In this document: piece by piece, positions 30,844-45,022 of the stretch
How the letters are laid out: every line of letters begins with the position of its first letter
How positions within the stretch are numbered: position 1 is the first letter of the stretch
Source: Eledone cirrhosa
Lineage: Eukaryota
Length of the DNA: 64,000 nucleotides
Direction of reading: 5' to 3'
Assembly (NCBI GenBank): GCA_964016885.1
Contig: OZ024746.1
Coordinates: 55,366,001-55,430,000, forward strand
The notes under the pieces: generated by a model
What the model was told of the DNA's origin: nothing
The model's input: only the letters and a program-made list of their open reading frames with translations
Database searches by the model: none
Made by a program: the position numbers and the translations under genes

Positions 30844-30918
<75 letters not shown>

Positions 30919-31325
30919 GTGTGTATAATGGTAGCTATGGTGCTTCCCTTCCATAGGCGGTATGCCAAAATTATCACTCAATATTCATACGGTGCAGAGC
31001 GTGAATAGTTTAAAAAAACAAAAAAATCAGTGATGCATCTTGACTCAGTTTATTGCGTGTTACATTTGTTTGTCCGGCAGTTAGCTCGAGACATGATCAC
31101 TGTATAGATCTGGGTGATTCTACGGCTGCAGGTTCCTTCGGACACATGCAATTCGTTCAGAGCAAATTTTCTCACCGGGGTGTTATCGTAAAAAAACACC
31201 TTAAAAAAACATCTTCCACTCTTGTCATGCTCTTGGCTGTTGTTTTTCTACGTCATCTTAAGTTCTGGTCACTTGGTCATCATCCATTTTCCGTCTGACA
31301 CACTTCCTTTTTCGTTTTTTTATAC

Positions 31326-31469
<144 letters not shown>

Positions 31470-31657
31470 TAATGTAGGTTCACCAGAGTGAGCACTCAAT
31501 GCGTTGTTTACAGTAGGTATATTGCTATTGTACAAAGCAGAGTGTGATACTAATAATGGAATAATGTGTGTGTGTGCGCGCGCGTGTGTGTGTCTGTTTG
31601 TGTGTGTGTGTACTTAGATTGAACAACGGAATCAGAGAAATCTATGTTCATTTAATA

Positions 31658-31785
31658 GTTTTACGACCGTTTCGAAATGCTAAGTGAAACAGGATAGTAT
31701 TGGTATATTTCAAATCGATAGTTATGTTACTGAATATTATCTCTCGCTTTACACTAGAGCCCATTTCACAGTTCTCATCAGAAAC
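31658..31785 (-). ncRNA. HHR with long stem II in an orphan PLE-like terminal fragment
   Basis: Reverse complement: GTTT CTGATGA GAA..TGAAAT.....GTTTCA..TTC GAAA CGGTCG TA AAAC. Confidence 0.55.
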
Positions 31786-31888
31786 AAGATTATTTCGTTT
31801 GTTTTTTTCTGTCCGTGTGATATGGTGTACTAACTGTGCTAATGGTTTCTAGCTTTGACAGCCAAACACAGGTCAATATATATATATG

Positions 31889-31995
<107 letters not shown>

Positions 31996-33294
31996 TGTTA
32001 TATTAATAAATAAAACACACGCTGATGATTTTCACTTAAATTTATGAATTATCGATAACCGGATAAATTTATATTTATATTTAAACTCAACGTTTAAATA
32101 TAAATATAAATTTAAAATGTAGTATAAAATGTAGTATATTTACTTAAGATATTAACTATTTATGAAACTTGGCGATAAATATTTCGATTCCTTCAATTCT
32201 TTTTTTTTTTTTTTTTTTTTTTAAACCTTTCTGCATGAATATATAATTAATGAGATTAATTAAACTACCCTAATATTGGCGTTGCTCCCAATCTTTTGAA
32301 TACATTTTTAAGCTGGATAAACTTCTATAATAGATATAAGTGCATTTGTTGAATAAGTTTTGAATGATTTCTGCTAAATAAGGCTTGGTGAACAATTTTG
32401 GTTTTGTTTGCTTTTGATTCTGATTTTATGTGACCGATATGCGTGGCATACTATGTTCTCTTGCGTCCCTAGATACTCTGTGGAGTGACGAAGATATTCT
32501 TGGCGTTTTTAATTTTTAATATTGATATCTGTTGTCTACTCTATGCTTGATCGATAATCATGCAAGTGAGGCTGGAATGTTATTTTAGATGTTAATGTAT
32601 ATCTTATATATTTTATGTCTATATATATGTATATATATATGTAAATATATGTAGGGTGGAATCTTTTGTAACGCAATGACGTTTTTCATGAAATATAAGA
32701 ATTTGTGGAGCATATCACGTAGGTTCACATGTATGTCTATATTTATCAACTTGAATTTGAGATAACCTTCTCTTTTCTCTTTTTCTTTTTTCATGAGAGT
32801 GCATATATACTTATGTTTGAAGTTTTATCTCAGATTTTGCTTATAGACCTAAGAATTTTTAAACTAAGCATGTGGTCATTTTTTCACACATTATGGATAG
32901 GTGTCTCATTCATGAATACTGATATTTACATTATAATACCTAATTCATAAAAATTGATAATTCAAATGGATGAGACATAATATATTTTTAATATATTTTA
33001 AATATATCATCTTTCTTTCTTTTTTCCCCTATACACTGGACGTGATTTATGTGTCGGCTAGTTTATCTGTATACCTTCCCTCACATATACGTTGAGCATC
33101 TATCCAAAAGCTGCCTACTATATTTTTTTTTTTCACTTCCTCAATGTATTTCTCTCTCCCATATCTCCTTGTCTCTATGTCTCGCTCTGTTGATTTTCTT
33201 TACATACATCTCTTCACCTTCTTCTTTTTATTTACATACATCTCTTCATCTTCTTCTTCTCATCTTCGTCTTTCTTTCTATATAACTGTCATAA

Positions 33295-33489
33295 CAGTTT
33301 CACTACCAAATCAACTTTTTAAATGGAAGTTGCATTATTTAAAAGGTATGTCAAAAATTATTTATAAAACAGCTTATGTATTGTATTTTGTCTGAGGAAG
33401 GCATACCATATTTTTAATATCATATCCCTGAAATATATATAACGAAATAAATATGGTTTTATAAATATAGTTTCCATTTGTTTAATATC

Positions 33490-33490
<1 letters not shown>
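33295..33490 (+). mobile_element. Family L arm with HHR (33385-33448)
   Basis: ATTTTGT CTGAGGA AGG..CCT GAAA TATATA TA ACGAAAT. Ends at the family short-arm terminus ..ttaatatcg(TA)n. Confidence 0.8.
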
Positions 33491-34073
<583 letters not shown>

Positions 34074-34157
34074 GTATTAGTTATACTATTTATGGTTATG
34101 TAAACACAAAACCTTAAGCAGTTGTAAGTATTTTACACACACCCTAAATAGTGGTAG

Positions 34158-34251
34158 GCAGTAATGTATTACTACCTTATTACCAGCGCAGTAATGTATT
34201 ACTACCTTATTACCAGCGCAGTAATGTATTACTACCTTATTACCGGCGCAG
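34158..34251 (+). repeat. 3 x 30-bp tandem repeat at the 5' junction of a PLE
   Basis: Unit gcagtaatgtattactaccttattaccagc at 34158, 34188 and 34218. Confidence 0.95.
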
Positions 34252-34260
34252 GTCACTGAT

Positions 34261-35724
34261 TTGGTCGGCCTATACCTCCTCAATGAAATCCATAAAGACC
34301 TCCCTTACCTCAACGGTGGTTTGTACCGCGATGATGCACTTCTACTCATAGAATATAAAAAATTTAATATAGAAAGAACTAGAAAACGACTGCATAAGAC
34401 ATTCAAAAACTTTAACCTTAGTATCACCATGGACAAAAACACTAAAAATGTTAACTTCCTAGACGCCACACTATACCTAGACTCAAAAATATATACACCT
34501 TTCCATAAGCCTAATGAGAAACTTATTTACGTAGATACCAAGTCTAATCACCCTAGATCAATATTAAACTCTATCTCTAAGGGGGTGTCCAATAGAATCT
34601 CTAGTCTGTCCTATGACGCAAACATATTTAGCAAAAACTCACAATATTACAATCAAGCATTAGCTAGCTCCGGCCATAATATAGAAATTGAGTTCCTACC
34701 TAAGAAAACACATAGCTACAACATCATCTCGCACAACATGTCCATGAGGAAATCTAATAATAGGAATAGCAACCACAAGTACACCAAAGCGGAGGGTGCC
34801 ACCGGAAGTAACCATTACCATGGAAACTACTGTGAGGCCTTAGGAGGAAGCAACACACCAAACACTAAAAGCAAAAATAGAAGAAGAAATAATACATTTT
34901 TCAACCCTCCTTTCAACCTTAATGTCTCCACCAACATACCTAGGGCTTTCTTCTCACTACTAGATAAAAACTTCCCTCTAGGACACAAGTACCACAACCT
35001 CTTAAACAAAAACACCATTAAAATCTCATACTCTACGACGCCTAACTTAGCATACCACATAGCTAGCAGCAATAATAGTAAAATTAGTTCTTACTTCCAA
35101 CAAACAAAATCACAACGGGATGCAAACCCTCTAAATACCACTGTAGCAAGCAACAATAGCAACGGCAGTAACAATAGAAATAACACTAGTATAAGTAATA
35201 ACACCAGGGTTGTCAACCCGAACACCCAAAATCCTATATCCACCACACAGACTTCCGCATTGCATTATAACCAGCGGACTAACGCACAGAATAATTGTAA
35301 CTGTAGAGCTAATAGAACCTGCCCTTTAGATAAAAAATGCCTAACCAAGGATGTCATATACTCATGCACAGTCACGACTAATAACTCTTCAGAAACCTAT
35401 GTAGGCTCCACTTCTAACTGCTTCAAAATCAGATATAACTCGCACATCCACTCGTTCAAAAAGCACAGCCTAGCCAACTCCACCTCACTTTCTAGCTACA
35501 TACACTATCTAAAATCTAAAAATAAACCATACACACTCAAATGGGAAGTGATAGGCAGCGCGACCTCGTACAAACCACCTAATAAATTCTGTAACCTCTG
35601 TATACTAGAGACACACAATATTATCTTCTCCAACCGTAACCTACTTAACAACAAATCTGAGGTGTTTGCAACTTGCCAGCACCGCCTCAGACATTCCTTC
35701 CAAAACTTTAAGCCCTATATATAG
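34261..35724 (+). CDS. 5'-truncated but uninterrupted PLE ORF: RT C-terminal half + GIY-YIG endonuclease
   Basis: LVGLYLL..GLYRDDAL (RT YxDD), VNFLDATL, SNHP, FFNPPF, CNC..CPL..KCL..VIYSC..YVGSTSNCFKIRYNSH..CNLCILE..LLN.KSE..CQH. The listed start is TTG, i.e. not a real start. Confidence 0.9.
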   Translation: MVGLYLLNEIHKDLPYLNGGLYRDDALLLIEYKKFNIERTRKRLHKTFKNFNLSITMDKNTKNVNFLDATLYLDSKIYTPFHKPNEKLIYVDTKSNHPRSILNSISKGVSNRISSLSYDANIFSKNSQYYNQALASSGHNIEIEFLPKKTHSYNIISHNMSMRKSNNRNSNHKYTKAEGATGSNHYHGNYCEALGGSNTPNTKSKNRRRNNTFFNPPFNLNVSTNIPRAFFSLLDKNFPLGHKYHNLLNKNTIKISYSTTPNLAYHIASSNNSKISSYFQQTKSQRDANPLNTTVASNNSNGSNNRNNTSISNNTRVVNPNTQNPISTTQTSALHYNQRTNAQNNCNCRANRTCPLDKKCLTKDVIYSCTVTTNNSSETYVGSTSNCFKIRYNSHIHSFKKHSLANSTSLSSYIHYLKSKNKPYTLKWEVIGSATSYKPPNKFCNLCILETHNIIFSNRNLLNNKSEVFATCQHRLRHSFQNFKPYI

Positions 35725-37167
35725 CAATGTCGGACTGGAACCTAACACCACATCTAGCATCAAACACCAGAGATACACCCTATACTACATACCCAACACT
35801 AGCTGATCCATTATAACACAAATAACGACATCCCTCTGGAACCCTTCGCAGGGAAAATACCCATTTATACCTCTACGGCAGGAGTGACAACATCCACCCA
35901 CTTGGACGGCACTACACCGCTCTAAGGGTAATTTGAGCATGAATTGATCGGTTGGATGGTGTTGGGCAGAGGAAACACCTTCCTTAGACAGATGTAAAAT
36001 GATTTAATCGAGTAGCGCTGTTGACCAGTAGGACCGGGCTGCTGAGCGCAGTGAGTGAATGCAATGCAACTGCCGTGCGGGTTGTACGTATATGGATGAT
36101 CTGACGGTCAGAGAGGGGTCGCGAGGACTACGGATTGACCTTTGGCCTGCCTGGGGACGATTATCTTTCGACATCCAATGTAGCAAGCGATGACCCAGAT
36201 CTTACCAGAGATCATTGGGTCCTGAAGCAATCCTGCAATCACCGCGCCTGGTCATATGAGCAGACTACAACCACAGAGATCATTATTTTAGAATCCTCGC
36301 TCATCATCTATAATTTCCATTTGTAGCACCTTAAGATGGGTTAATCCACCTTAATAATAATATGATCACCTTCAGCATAATTTAGTTAAACTACTCTATA
36401 GTTAGTACACTTTATGCTTTAAAAGTCTCCCTTGGAAGGTGCACCTCACCATAGAATTTAGGGTCTATATTGGGACACATTTTAATGGCTAGATATAGAA
36501 ACCCCAGAGTTACCTCCCCGCATGCATTAACTCCCCTTAGCCACACACACACTTCCGGTATTCAATGGCGTTTCTCGAAACGTAACAACCTCCTGTATCG
36601 AACTAAAGAACACCAGACTACGATCTCTAACTGGATTGTCGTGGATTATGTGAAAGGCATATAATCGAAATATACACTCCCTTGACCTTGAAAATGCCGA
36701 AGTACATGAATTACTTGACATCCCTGCGCTGTGCATCTCCAATACTTATAACACTTTTAATGCTTGCACTACCTTTAATGCTTATAATATTTCTCCACAC
36801 ACAGACTATATCAATCATATAAAGACTTTGCCACCAGATCTACCAACCTAACACTCTTATTTACCTACCTAAGTGCCTCTACCACACATATCTCTCTGCC
36901 ACACTATATAAACAAGACGCACATGCGTGCCACACATATAACATTTGCACTATATAACCACTTATCTTCATGTTGTACTTTAACCTATATCTTTGATTTT
37001 TGATTGTACCTATTAATATAAATGTAATCTCGAAGTGTGTACTGCCACTCTAAATTCTGTAATGAATGTTGACCCACAATGTTTGAATATGTATCAATGT
37101 TTGAATATGTATTGGTATGTCTCTCGGCTGAAAAGGAGGTCATATAACTGTCCATGCATTAATAAAT

Positions 37168-37214
37168 TGCTCCGAAGAATCCAAACCTCGGTTTGGAGGA
37201 AACAGCTGTAAGCA
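37168..37214 (+). ncRNA. HHR near the probable 3' end of the 34261 PLE (U4C variant)
   Basis: TGCT CCGAAGA A TCCAAAC-ctcg-GTTTGGA G GAAA CAGCTG TA AGCA, about 40 nt before (TA)n. Confidence 0.65.
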
Positions 37215-37279
37215 CAATAATGTTTTGAACAGTTCTTTGATTCTTATATTTCATATATATATATATATATAAAAACATA

Positions 37280-37331
<52 letters not shown>

Positions 37332-38242
37332 TACATGTATATATAAATATTGCATACATATGTATATATACTTGCCGATTTTGTAAGGGCAAACCCCTGC
37401 TTACATAGGTAGACGTACCTTTTTCTTTTCCTCTACGTTTCCTTCTTCCTCCATCTCATCCTATCACTCCCTTCTACCCCCGATCTTCTTCCTCGTCTGT
37501 TTTTCACCTTTCGCCTACTCCGATGCAGCCCATCGGTCCTCTGTAGCCTTAGTACCCCTCCCCCGTAATTCTAAGATAGAATTGGCCGATTACGCTTTAT
37601 TTATAGCAGATGTGTTAGACCCCTGTAATTTCTTCTTTTTTGTTACTACTCCATTTCTACGATCTCTAAATTTCTTATTTAGTATTATTTTTTCAACTTA
37701 TTAACCTGTAATTGTCAGATAGCATTGGCTGATTACGCTTTACTATTTATAGCAGATGCGTTAGACCCCTGTAAAGACTGCTTTAAAAATGTTTTCACTA
37801 CCAATCACAATCTCTTATTTAGTATTTTCCCATTCTCTACCTATTATACTTTTCTATAGCTTAGCAATCCCTGCTTCTAGCAGTTGTTTCTAGACTCTAT
37901 TGTTTTTGTTTTTTTATTCATTTCTCACTATCAAAAACTTTTTTTAGACATTTATTATTTTTTTATCTTATTTTTATTTTACTTCCTTTCGACTTACCTA
38001 TTCTTTCAACTCCCCTCCTCCTTTTCTCCAGTACAACTTTTCGACTTTTCATACTTTATCCTTAGAATCTGCTGTATAGATTACACTTTCAGCACCTGGC
38101 TGGCTTTCTTCACACCCTCTTTGTTCTACCGGCAAGTTCAACCACCCCTAACTCCCACCAAATGCCATGATAGATTTATTTGTCTTTATAACAAATTTTA
38201 ACCAATCCTCTTGACAATTACCATCTCCTCATATGAGGAAGT

Positions 38243-38429
38243 ACCCCTTGATAAGTTTGGCTATTTATTTACCAGGCTAAAATGTCTTACTTAGTCTAGA
38301 AATAGCAGTCAAAACGGCTTGAGCTCTGCCGTCGGGGTCATGGTTGTTTCTATTGCCCACTCTACGACACTAATTATTGAGTACTTTGGTGCGTCATGGG
38401 CCATCTGGTTCCTTACCACAATTCCTTCG

Positions 38430-38431
<2 letters not shown>
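38243..38431 (+). mobile_element. Family B terminus with HHR-like fold (38243-38338) and tail
   Basis: ACCCC TTGATAA [long stem II] (A)AA ACGGC-ttgagctct-GCCGT C GGGGT. Other copies keep GAAA: 2539-2586, 50824-51015, 61100-61290 and 61322-61381; a diverged copy is at 49115-49316. Confidence 0.7.
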
Positions 38432-38478
<47 letters not shown>

Positions 38479-38501
38479 CACACACACATATATATATATA
38501 T

Positions 38502-38576
<75 letters not shown>

Positions 38577-38639
38577 CATATATATATAAACATATATCTA
38601 TATATATGCATGTATACGTCTATATAAATAAGCAAACAC

Positions 38640-38694
<55 letters not shown>

Positions 38695-38697
<3 letters not shown>

Positions 38698-38926
38698 CGT
38701 TTCTGAAATTGTTTAGCAAGATTCTTTATCTGAAAAGGTGTGTTGAAATCGATATTGTTATACTTTGGGAGGGTCATGTTGCCAATAAGAAACACACGTG
38801 GAACCAACCAACCAACCGGAAATTTATAATTTTTTTTTTTAAATTTATAATTTAATTTATAATAAATTGGAGTGAAAGCAACTAGTGCGTGTGTTTCTTA
38901 TTGGGAACATGACCCTCCCAGAGTAT

Positions 38927-38931
<5 letters not shown>
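38695..38931. mobile_element. Family A mini-insertion with inverted arms
   Basis: Same two fixed termini as 20782-20929 and 42075-43118. Confidence 0.8.
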
Positions 38932-38988
<57 letters not shown>

Positions 38989-39032
38989 ATATATATATAC
39001 ATATATATGTATATATAAATATAGATACATAT

Positions 39033-40140
<1,108 letters not shown>

Positions 40141-40306
40141 AATATATATATAAATATAAATTCACCGAGAATCCCATTTCGGCGCGTCGAAAAAGCGAAA
40201 CGTAAAGCAAATTCCGATTCATGCTGGCAAACCCTCCATGGGATAAAAAAGACCAGAGCAATAGACATAGGCTATAAGGTCAGACAAAATAAATGACATA
40301 TTCATA

Positions 40307-40845
<539 letters not shown>

Positions 40846-40950
40846 CATATATATATATATAAATATATATATTTAAACATATGTATATATATATATATAT
40901 ATATACATATATATGTATATATAAATATACATACATACATATATATATAT

Positions 40951-42005
40951 TAGAAAGTGAGGTTTTTTTTTACAAAATGAAAAATAACCGAGGTTTCCTA
41001 CACGAGTGAAAGTATAAAGAAAAAACGATGAAATCGAAAATGCAACAGGAGTCTTATTTAAAAAAATATATATATATTTATTTGGTTCCTTGACCGGTTT
41101 CGTAGTTCTTCTGCTTTTCCAAAGTAGAGTTGAGATGGAAGGTCTGTGATTTTTTCTCACCTCTGGTTGGTCTTTGAATGTTACTTGTTTTATATGGAAA
41201 AAAGTGGCTCCAAAGGCCAGGATTTTAGAGAAGTAATTTGATTAGTTGGTCAATAATTATAATAAATTTCGCGCCAGTTCGCGTTACAAAGTTCTTCATA
41301 AACAGGGGGGGAGGGAGGGGCTTAGGTTGTTTTTTCATATATGAGTGTTTGAATTTCTTTTTACTTAAAAAAAGTGGCTCACGAAGGCTTTTTATTAATA
41401 AACGTAATTTGATTGGTTATAAATGAAATAATGACTGTCACGTCGACAAGTTTTCATTAAATTTCGCGCCCTTATTTGGAAATCTATTCTGTAGCCTTTT
41501 TAGAGAATTTTATGACAAGCAAAAGATTATGGTCAAGAGAAATGGGATGGGAGAATAGTTCTGGTTCAGTGAATATGGTTAGTTCGCTGGGGTATCAGAA
41601 TTCAGATTTTCTATTGAAATAAAGAATGTAAATATATGTATATTTATTTGTGTGCTTGTGTGCTTGTCTGTGTGTTGCGTGTGTGTGTTTGAATTTCCTT
41701 TTACTTAAAAAAGGAGGGGCACACGAAGGCTTTTTTTTAATAAACGTAATTTGATTGGTTATAAATGAAATTATGGCTGTCACTTGAACAAGTTTTCATT
41801 AAATTTTGCGCCCTTATTTGGAAATCTATTCTGTAGCGTTTTTAGAGAATTTTATAACAAGCAAAAGATAATGGTCAAGAGAAATGGGATGGGAGAATTG
41901 TTCTGGTTCAGTGAATATGTTTAGTTCGCTAGGGTGTCAGAATTCAGATTTTCTAGTGAAATAAAGAGAGTAAAGATATGTATATTTAATTGTGTGCTTG
42001 TTATT
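40951..42005 (-). mobile_element. Family N long copy with an internal ~340-bp direct duplication
   Basis: 40951-41162 is the reverse complement of ~27948-28160. 41345-41685 is repeated at 41685-42000. Confidence 0.7.
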
Positions 42006-42006
42006 T

Positions 42007-42074
<68 letters not shown>

Positions 42075-42079
<5 letters not shown>

Positions 42080-43116
42080 ATACTTTGGGAGGGTCATGTT
42101 GCCAATAAGAAACACACGCACCAGCTGCTTTCACTTCAATTTATTATAATAGAGGTGAATTAGCTTACAAATTTAGAAGGGCCCTAGATAAACATAAACT
42201 CAATATTAAGATAGTAGAAAGACCAGGTACTCCATAAAAACACTTATTAGCAAGACATACCATTTTCAAAGACTCCCCTGTATAGATAAGAAATGTATAA
42301 CCTGTAAATTAAGCACCCATATTAACTGTAAAACTAGAAATGTAGTATATAGCATAAGATGTACTGAAGGACAATATAGAAACAAACATATAGTGTACAT
42401 AGGTGATACAGCTCGTAGTGTAGCGGAACGAATAAATGAACACTGGCGAGACCTTCAAGATAGTAAATAATCATCTGTACTCTACCAACATGCTAAAATA
42501 GAACATAAGGGTAAATTAGAGAACCTAGAAATAAAAATAGAATCTACACACAGAAAAGACGCAATGTTTAGACAAATCACAGAGGCAATAAACATAAAAG
42601 AATTACAACCAAAATTAAATAGAAAACATGAGTGGAACAGAAACATCACAACTTACAATTAAGGACAAAATGAAAACACACACACACATAGAACGAACGA
42701 CCAACGTGTAACATGTAAATAAACAAGTAAATAAACGAATATAAACACACACATACACCCGGATGTGGCGCATGCGCAGATTGAGCAGACAACACACACA
42801 CAGAAACAAGATGGCGTAGGACAGAACAAAGGAGAGGCACAAAAACAAAGAAAAGAATCCCCAGTCACTGAAGAGGTCACATAATGTGTGACGAAAGAAC
42901 TTTGACAATATATAAACAACCATCTGGTTGTGGAACCAACCAACCAACTGGAAATCTATAAATTCCTAAATTTATAAATTTATTATAATAAATTGAATTG
43001 AAAGCAACTGGTGCGTGTGATTCTTATTGGCAACATGACCCTCCCAAAGTATAACAATATCGGTTTCAACACACGTTTTCATATAAAGAATCTTGCTAAA
43101 CAAATTCAGAAACGAA

Positions 43117-43118
<2 letters not shown>
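42075..43118 (+). mobile_element. PLE family A 3' fragment (GIY-YIG remnant, HHR, tail) with short inverted left arm
   Basis: CKTRNVVYSIRC..IVYIGDTARSVAERINEHW; homologous to 1290-2100. Confidence 0.85.
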
Positions 43119-43175
<57 letters not shown>

Positions 43176-43179
<4 letters not shown>

Positions 43180-43641
43180 ATATAAGATCAAAGGATGGTT
43201 AAAACAGTTCCAAGTATTTTATTATACGATGATATTTGCGTTCTCATCAGATAAAGTAGGGAGACATGATATGAAGTTTAAAAAAACACTTGCGAGCAGT
43301 GAAGTGTAAAATCAACTTTTGATCTCATATTATTTAAATCATCTTTTCATCTTATATTATTTATACTCCAGTGTGGATTGGATTGGCAGTATCGGTAGAG
43401 GGTCGGACGCCATGCTTTCCAGCATAGTTACGTCCCTTTACGATCTGAGTTCAAATCCCGCCGAGGTTGACTTTGCCTTTCATCCTTACGGGGTCGATAA
43501 AATAAAGTACCAGTAATGCACTGGGTAATTGCTGGCCTTGTGCCAAAAGTAGAAACAATTATTTATACTCCAGTCCTATAAACTGTGGAGTCTTACTTAT
43601 CCGATATTTGCATTGCTTTATTGTGCTACAATAAAACTCAC

Positions 43642-43644
<3 letters not shown>
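43176..43644. mobile_element. Family K copy interrupted by a SINE
   Basis: Homologous to 23127-23540, with the same termini. Confidence 0.75.
43373..43557 (+). mobile_element. SINE with 17-bp target-site duplication
   Basis: attatttatactccagt at 43356-43372 and 43558-43574. Confidence 0.9.
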
Positions 43645-43681
<37 letters not shown>

Positions 43682-43721
43682 TATTTATATATATGTATTA
43701 TATGTGTATATATATATATAA

Positions 43722-43752
<31 letters not shown>

Positions 43753-44136
43753 CAAATATACATATATATTTATATACATGTATGATATGTATATATATAT
43801 ATTTATATATATATATATATATAGTCATATGAATGTATGATTTTACATGTGTAATATACACTATATACAGATGTCTCTGTAAATACAATAGTTCAAAAAT
43901 GGTCCATTTAATAGTTAAACTTTAATTATGCAAAAAATATACACCCAATAAAATCTTAATTGAAATACCAATATGCGATTTTTTAGGAAGATTCTTTATT
44001 TTTGAAATTTAACTATACATTGATTGAAATCTAAAATAACTCATACACAGATATGTTGACACACACACACACACATATATATATGGCAAAAATAAATATA
44101 TATATATAGGTATATATATATGACACATATATATTT

Positions 44137-44230
<94 letters not shown>

Positions 44231-44814
44231 CATCTATGTAAATATATGTATATTAATATATATATATACACACATCTATATATATATGTGTGTGTGTGTG
44301 ATTGTGTGTGTCTATATTAATACATCTGAGAACGTATTGTATATGTACTGTATGTATGGAGGTCCATGTATCTATGTGCGGGTGGGGTGGGCATAGCGCA
44401 TATTTAACAAGTAAATTTAATGAATTATAAAACCGAATATCGGAAAATTGTCAATGGTGCAAAAAAAAAACTTCAAATAAAATCTAGTTTGACAAATAAA
44501 ATGAAATAAATACAAAATGATTTTTACTATATATGGTGAAGTAGTATAAAGAGTGTTGTACGGAGAGGCAGGGTGTAACACATACACATACACAGACAGA
44601 CACACACATAAACACATACATAAATGTATATATATATATATACATATATAACATTATATATGAATATATATATGTGTATATATATATGAATATATATGAC
44701 TATATATATGTCTGTATATATTTATATATATATATATGAATATATATGACTATACATATATATATATATGAATATATATGACTATATATATGTATATGAA
44801 CACATATGACTATA

Positions 44815-44846
<32 letters not shown>

Positions 44847-44990
44847 AATATATATGAATATATATATACATATATATATACGATTATATATGTATATATA
44901 TGTGTATGTATATATATATGAATATATATGTATATATATCTGAATATATATGTATATATATATATATGATTATATATGTATTTACATGTG

Positions 44991-45022
<32 letters not shown>

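Noticed and set aside
36186-36228. SECIS or kink-turn-like hairpin (ATGA...CTGA)
   Set aside because: No apical AA motif at the expected spacing, and the upstream ORF has no in-frame TGA.
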